A stretch of DNA of 64,000 nt, taken from the NCBI RefSeq assembly GCF_009914755.1, contig NC_060928.1; one strand, 5' to 3'. The notes beneath the pieces were generated by a model. The model was not told the DNA's origin. It was given only the letters and a program-made list of their open reading frames with translations, and did no database searches. Below are positions 61,091 through 64,000 of the stretch, piece after piece; within the stretch, counting starts at the first letter, position 1; each line of letters begins with the position of its first letter. Both the position numbers and the translations under genes were made by a program. This stretch comes from the human T2T-CHM13v2.0 reference genome, Homo sapiens.

Positions 61091-61129
61091 TTGAACATCC
61101 AACACTTATAATCCTAAGTTGTACTTATA

Positions 61130-61410
61130 TAGTTCTTCCTAAGTGCCAGGCACTACTTTAAGCACTTTACCTATATTGGTTTATTTAATTATCACAAAGG
61201 TTCTATGAGTTAGGTACTATCATTATCTCCATATTGTAGAATAGCCAACTGAGACAGAAAGAGATTATATAACCTTCATGGTCACACTGTGACATGGTCA
61301 CATGGTCAAATAGGACTGGCCTTTCCCTATAGTCACATTTTAGATTCAAAACCTGGACAATTGGCTAAAATGTTCATGCTTTTAATCATTACAGACTACA
61401 GTCTCTCAGA
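61130..61410 (-). mobile_element. MIR
   Basis: gtgccaggcact...ctatgagttaggtactatcattatctccat...actgagacaga. Confidence 0.75.
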
Positions 61411-61585
61411 TAAGATGGGACTCATTCAATGAAGCAAATATTTTTGAGGATCTCTTTTGTTATGGAACCTGTGCTTAATGATAAAGCTAGAGGGATGAAG
61501 ATAAAACTCTAACATTTTAAGATATATATCTATATATAACTATATAGATATATATCTTATTTTCGTTAACTTGCACAGTTAACGA

Positions 61586-61743
61586 AATATGTAACACAGT
61601 CATCTTCCTTAGGAAGCGTGTACTTCTGGAATTCCTTGTGGTATCCCTGGGAATCCCTTTACCGTGTATCCGTGGCATTCTGCCTTTACTGGGCTCATTT
61701 CTTCCTACTCCCTGGAATATTTATCAAGGGAAGTTTTTCCTTT
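61586..61743. repeat. 158-bp inverted repeat arm, partner at 63608-63765
   Basis: Ungapped, 152/158 identical to the reverse complement; spacer 1864 bp. Confidence 0.97.
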
Positions 61744-61755
61744 TCTCCTCTACTC

Positions 61756-61838
61756 TATAATATATATATAGCTATATAACTATATATATATACACACACA
61801 TATATATACACACACATATATATACACACATATATACA

Positions 61839-61908
<70 letters not shown>
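61756..61908. repeat. Compound (TA)n/(CA)n microsatellite
   Basis: Direct read. Confidence 0.95.
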
Positions 61909-61910
<2 letters not shown>

Positions 61911-62794
61911 ACTTGGGAGATGGTTTGGATCTGGAGACAGACTGCTTCTCCTCTCGGTGTGACCTTGGACAAATTATTTTATATGTGTGTATATATATAT
62001 ATATACACACACACATATATATATTTGCTTCAGACTTGTGAAGTGTTGAAGATTAAACAAGTTTATTGTGTATAAATTGCTTAGAATAGTGCCTGGCAAA
62101 TATATTATTTTTATGCCATTAATTATTAACAGTACCATTATTGACATTACCATTACTATTGAAAATAAATTCTAAATTATTTATTTTACATAGATGAACT
62201 ATTAGGAGAAAATAAACCTTTAAGTCAAAATGAATATTATTTTAATGTATGTTTCACTTCTTAAACCTAAACTTGATGAGAATTGCTTATTTGCTTCAAA
62301 ATACCCATAAACATCTGGACTTGAAAAAATATTCTTCTCTCTCCTGCTGTCTGGTGTGGATCTTCTCACTCCAAAAGTGGGGCAGAAGAAACCAGAAGGA
62401 TAGGTATATACAGCATAACTTATGAGCGCCTAAGTGTTAGGTCTGTGGCTGTCATCCCTCCCACCTTCTGTGAAATTCCTCCAGTTGGCGTAGGAAGTGA
62501 CAAAGGTTCAGGAATCCTTGGATAAATATAAACACAAGTTTGAAAACTGTAACTGTGAGTTTGTTTGTTATAATGACTCATCCAGATGTAAGCAAACAAT
62601 CTCATCAAGCTCTACACTTACTGGATTTCTAGAGTCACTTTCTTTTATGCTTAGGTATCAAAGTATGCCATACACCCTCAGAAGTTTTTGTTCTTTCTAG
62701 GTGGCAAACTTCCTGAATAAATTTGTATTTAAATTAATATGTAACAATTGAATTTCACTTAGAATTGTTTTATTCTGATGTCTCACCTTTGTTA

Positions 62795-62839
62795 CTAGCT
62801 TGGTGCAACAATTGTGAGTTTTGCAATTACTTTTAATGG
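62795..62839. mobile_element. MADE1 (mariner MITE) half
   Basis: tagcttggtgcaacaattgtgagttttgcaattacttttaatgg resembles the left half of MADE1. Confidence 0.65.
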
Positions 62840-64000
62840 ATATTAAATATTAATGTTTTTCCCAGTACAAACACAAATAAGGGCTTGTTTGATTTTTATA
62901 TTTCAAAAGAAATAGGTCATTTGCCTTCAAAATGAACACATTGATGGCTTTCAGCTAGTGAAGTAGAAAATTTGGAAATGATACGCATTTGGGACATGAA
63001 TTTTACTTTGACTAAAAAGAAACCTTATTAATTATATATTATCTGTCTGGCCCACTACTGTCAATGTGATTTAAAAGATGAATGGTTAAGCTAGAATAGT
63101 GAAGAGAAAAACCACTGTACATATGTTATCTGATGTTTACACAAGCGTATTTATAAAGTAATGTTTAAATGTCGGGGCACATTTGCATTTATTTTTTCGG
63201 GAATAACATAATTAAAGAATGTGGGAAAAAAGTTTTCAGATAAACTATTTTTAAGTTCATATGTAGACTGTATGCCTTGTAGCAGAGAATAGAAGTGCAT
63301 ACAAAAATAATTATTCCCCTTCCATATTCACTATGGTGAATAGGTATGAATGATGAAATTTCCCTACTTGGAAAATATTTGCTTTCTTTGTTCTGCTACT
63401 TTGGGCCTTAACCTAGGTCTAAACTACAGAAGTTTGGGGGTAAAGATGAGAGAAGAAAACTTCTGTTTCTGCCTTTAAGTAAGAAAACAGATACTGTGCA
63501 GTAATTTCTAGTAGTGTTAGATTCTTTCCTCAAATATATTGTTCTTTGCCTTTGCTTTCAGTTCAAAAATGGTAGCTTGGGGACAAAAAGCAAAACCTTA
63601 TAGTAGGAAAGGAAAAACTTCCTTTGATAAATATTCCAGGGAGTAGGAAGAAATGAGCCCAGTAAAGGCAGAATGCCATGGATACACGGTAAAGGGATTC
63701 CCAGGGATACCACAAAGAATTCCACAAGTATACGCTTCCTAAGGAAGAAGACTGTGTTACATATTGAAGCATTTAATGCAATTTAATGAAAATAAGCAGA
63801 TACTATATACTGAAATGCACATATGCGTTACAGATTGGAGCTTTTCATCAGTAACATAATAACTCCCCTTAGGTTTCATAGGCCTTTCCCAAACAGGCAG
63901 ACAGACACATGTGATACTTGTGGAAAAAGATGGCTTTGCTTTTGTGAGATATGTAGTTGGATTAAGCTGATCAGAACAGAGGTTGTTCATTTTGTTTCTG

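Noticed and set aside
61586-63765. Non-autonomous DNA transposon with 158-bp TIRs
   Set aside because: No TSD outside the arms; the interior is ordinary MIR, MADE1, microsatellite and unique DNA; junction hairpins occur at one arm only

Overview
Primate (most likely human) AT-rich genomic DNA, intergenic or deep-intronic. No intact protein-coding gene, CpG island or RNA gene is visible, and the ORF track is almost entirely Alu-, LTR- and microsatellite-derived. The one gene-derived feature is an old, heavily degraded processed pseudogene of nucleoporin NUP58 (NUPL1) on the minus strand (~21.1-26.2 kb), interrupted by an ERV1 solo LTR and an AluY. The rest is ~20 Alus, ERV1 (MER4-group/HUERS-P) LTRs, MaLR/ERVL LTRs, L1/L2/MIR fragments and DNA-transposon relics. 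Repeat family names are from memory of consensus sequences and should be confirmed with Dfam/RepeatMasker. The most unusual signal is a series of at least seven locally templated insertions or fold-backs (30-200 bp copies of sequence 0.04-5 kb away, direct or inverted, several with perfect snap-back hairpins at their junctions). They resemble template-switch or polymerase-theta end-joining scars. One completes a composite LTR + NUP58-fragment inverted repeat spanning 18.4-25.5 kb.
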